Part shown: positions 53,148 to 64,000 of the stretch, in pieces | Position numbering within the stretch: position 1 is the first letter of the stretch | How the letters are laid out: every line of letters begins with the position of its first letter | NCBI GenBank assembly: GCA_963693365.1 | Contig: CAVNZM010000001.1 | Coordinates: 14,556,418-14,620,417, forward strand | DNA from: Amoebidium appalachense | Lineage: Eukaryota > Protista > Ichthyosporea | Direction: 5' to 3' | DNA length: 64,000 nt | Position numbers and translations under genes: made by a program | Notes under the pieces: generated by a model | Databases searched by the model: none | What the model was told of the DNA's origin: nothing | The model's input: only the letters and a program-made list of their open reading frames with translations

Positions 53148-54271
53148 ACAAAAAAAAAAAAAAAAAAGGGGGGGGGGGGGAAAGGGGAAGGGGGGGGGGG
53201 GGGGGGGGGGCAAGAGAATAATGCCCACCAGCCACCCACCTCTTTGTTCAGCGACTCGAGGTACGCCTCTAGGGCAGCAATCTCCTCTTTCCTTTTTTGG
53301 TTATCTGCTTCCAGCGCCCTTCGCGCATCTTCGTCTGTTTGTAGCTGGCCTGGATAAGCAATATGGGAGGAGGGGAAAGTTGAGTATTTTATTTAAACCG
53401 AAAAGCTTGTAGTAACTCAGAGGCCATGTAGGTGGTGGATGTAAGTGAGTGAGTGTTTCGTGTTTCACTATCTACAAAGCCCGTTCTGTTGTATTGTTAT
53501 TGGCTGAGAAATACCGGAGGGATTAATAAAAAAAATCCGTTATATCTCACGTTTGATGTGTAGCTAGTAACGTCGTTTTCTACACATGCATCTGTCTCTT
53601 TATGGGTGGAAGTACGGTTGGCCTTGGTGCCGGCACCTTATCACAGCTCACATAATTGTTGTCAATTAACAGCACATCCCCTCCCCCCCCCCCCCCCTCC
53701 CCACCCCCCTCCCCCAGATTAATTCCGGAGTAATTACCCACGAGTTGAGAAATGGATGCAGGTTAAAGACAGCATCGAGGCCTACAAAGACAGGAGCACT
53801 TTACTTGAGGCTCTCACTCGCAACTCCAACAAATTGATGTTATCTGACATAACACACTGAAAAGCCAAACATCTCATAAAAATCAGAAGTGCATAAAAAA
53901 TAGAAGGCCCATGTAGAAACGCCAAAACCACTCATGCATGGCAACCATATTACAGCATACACGCATACGTGAATGAAAAAAACGAAAAAGGGGGTGCTTT
54001 GTTCCATAACCCCCCCCCCCCCCCCCCCCCCCCCCTCCTCCCCTCCGAGAAAAAATGAACATGTGCACTTACCTATTTGCTTAATTAAATCCTGCTCCTT
54101 CTCCTCGCGCTCCCTCTCCTCCTGCAGTCTCTTCTCATCGTGAAGTTTCCTCTTCTTAAGTATGTACGCCTTTACACTACTCGGGGCCTTCGTGAGCGTG
54201 TACTTGCTAGTTTTCTCGCCCTCCCTCCCCTTATTCTTCCGTCCATCGAGTCCTCTTATAGAGCCATACAT
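42175..54271 (-). CDS. Large low-complexity protein with RD/RE dipeptide region and Pro/Gly-rich C-terminus (possibly nuclear RNA-processing factor), multi-exon
   Basis: Exon-like blocks at 54271-54074, ~52410-51714, ~51160-51088, 50433-50303, ~49482-49257, ~49004-48875, ~48158-48088, ~45758-45079 (RERDRDRERDREK..), ~43691-43631, ~42957-42892 and 42387-42175. Joining them into one gene is inferred. Confidence 0.55.
43436..43605 (-). mobile_element. Small structured repeat, 5'-truncated copy, intronic
   Basis: The reverse complement is near-identical to 26803-26972 and is flanked on both sides by C-runs on the element strand. Confidence 0.85.
49918..50385 (-). repeat. Tandem triplication of an exon 3' end plus splice donor
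   Basis: Three ~80-bp copies (50303-50385, 50086-50168, 49918-50000) encode LPDLTYKFTEMGWRDE.ETPMEI followed by AG|GTGTG, separated by (GT)n. Confidence 0.85.
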
Positions 54272-55014
54272 TTTTCCTCACTGGCTCCTTGCTCGAACAC
54301 GCTAACCTGAACATCCCGCTTGGCTTGAAGAGCCTGCACTAATTTTTTTCAACAAGCCCCCAGACCCTTGTGCAACGTGTACACCCCTACAAACACACTA
54401 CAAAGCAACACATCACTATTAGGAGCCTCGAAATGAGCTTCCCTGAACCGTTCTCAACTTGCAGAGCTGGCATAACATGCTCATTTACCACGCTTTTTAT
54501 CTGCTAACGCTACCTTGTAACCACAAGCTTCTGAATTATAGCTCCCGATCCATATAAACACTACATAACAGACAAATTGCAACGAAAATGCATGTGTGCG
54601 AGCCTCAGCTTCAAGTTTGGCGGCCGTTATAACTGCAAACGGGTCAGATGTCGAATCGGGCCGGTCGCTAATGCAAATCGGTTTTCCGTGAGCCATGGTT
54701 CGATGAGAAAGCCGGAGGGCCAGAAAAAAGAACCTAAAATAACTTTTCAGCTTGGTGGTGAGTCTAAATATAGTGCCAGTTTGCGCTAGAAGAGTCGGTC
54801 CGACCCAGCGGCTTACCGAACACCGAGAAAAAACTTTGAAAAAATTATTCGAATTCCGCCAGACGTCTTCCAGTCAAGCAAGCAGGAGAGGGAAGTTCCT
54901 TGGTTGTTGGTTGAAGCTTAAGGAGAAAAGAATACGGGCTGAAAGGGGTTAAAGGGGTTTCCAATTAGGTTAGTCAAGTCTTGAGCTTTCTTTGGTTTCT
55001 CTCTGGGCCTTACA
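54272..55014. promoter_or_regulatory. Probable bidirectional promoter/5' UTR region
   Basis: Microsatellite-free ~740-bp interval between head-to-head first exons; positional inference only. Confidence 0.4.
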
Positions 55015-63002
<7,988 letters not shown>

Positions 63003-63153
63003 GTACGTGCACGTGCACACACGTGCACATCAGTCATGCATCACACACACATACATACATACACACAGAGAGAGAGAGAGGGAGAGGGAGGGAGAGAGAG
63101 AGAGAGAGAGAGTCACACACGCACACGCACACGCATACAGACACACACACACA

Positions 63154-63205
<52 letters not shown>

Positions 63206-63212
63206 CACACAC

Positions 63213-63247
63213 ATACACATGCCCTCGGACGCATGCACACACACACA

Positions 63248-63285
<38 letters not shown>

Positions 63286-63320
63286 TACATATACACACAT
63301 ACACATGCCTTCGGACGCAT

Positions 63321-63407
<87 letters not shown>

Positions 63408-63446
63408 TACATACATACACACAAATACACATGCCTTCGGACGCAT

Positions 63447-63450
<4 letters not shown>
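63213..63450 (+). repeat. Three copies of ACACATGCC(C/T)TCGGACGCATGCAC embedded in (CA)n
   Basis: Copies at ~63215, 63301 and 63426, separated by CA tracts. Confidence 0.7.
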
Positions 63451-63520
<70 letters not shown>

Positions 63521-64000
63521 CCAAACGCCTACGGATGCACGGATGCGCACTCTCACTCGCACCCACTCTCACCCGCACCCACTCTACATACGCGCCCAAA
63601 CACATATTGGGTGATGGCGAGTGAAAGGTGTGTATGCACCCGTACATGCACATACACACATACAAACGTGTGCACACGCACACAAGGCACACACAAATGT
63701 GCACATACACAGGCACATACATCGCATACACCTACGCCCATGTTTACACGTATGTGCATGCACGCAAAAGATCGCTTGATAGTGGACCTGTTGCCTTAGC
63801 GCACACATGCATTTTCCCACTTTTTTTCATTCCTGTCATCAGTTTTGGCCTTTATGCTGAGGAACAGGCATCTGTAAAATGCACAGAAAGAGAAGAAAAG
63901 AAGGACAATCATTTATACAAGAGGTATCCAGAAAATTGTGCTGATTAAAACACTTGCATACTTCATCTCTCACACACGCGATTAACTGCGATGTATGTTG

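Overview
Eukaryotic genomic DNA in two parts. (1) Bases 1-22.5 kb are a nested transposon cluster resolvable by target-site duplications. A decayed DIRS-type RT/RNase H fragment (1-951) is interrupted by copia family A copy 1 (952-~22538, 5'-truncated). That copy hosts a piggyBac-like DNA transposon (18728-21742) and copia element B (2991-18653). B hosts copia A copy 2 (6600-17326), which hosts a non-autonomous gypsy-derived LTR element (11482-15069). (2) Bases 23-64 kb hold intron-rich genes whose introns are saturated with poly-G/poly-C and (CA)n/(GT)n: an RMD1/DUF155-family gene (+), an orphan gene (-), a large low-complexity RD/RE- and Pro/Gly-rich gene (-), and a multi-C2 gene resembling the PSD2 N-terminus (+, runs off the window) with an intronic tRNA-Asp. 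The most striking signal is a small non-coding repeat family found at four intronic loci (about 26.6-27.0, 29.2-29.4, 43.4-43.6 and 59.5-60.2 kb). It is flanked by C-runs and its predicted RNA helices covary between copies. It carries every hammerhead-ribozyme core nucleotide, but the three strands are in reversed, pseudoknotted order. It is a candidate topologically rearranged self-cleaving ribozyme on a retrozyme/Penelope-like non-autonomous retroelement. All calls were made by eye; no searches or folding programs were run, and homopolymer lengths may include sequencing error.
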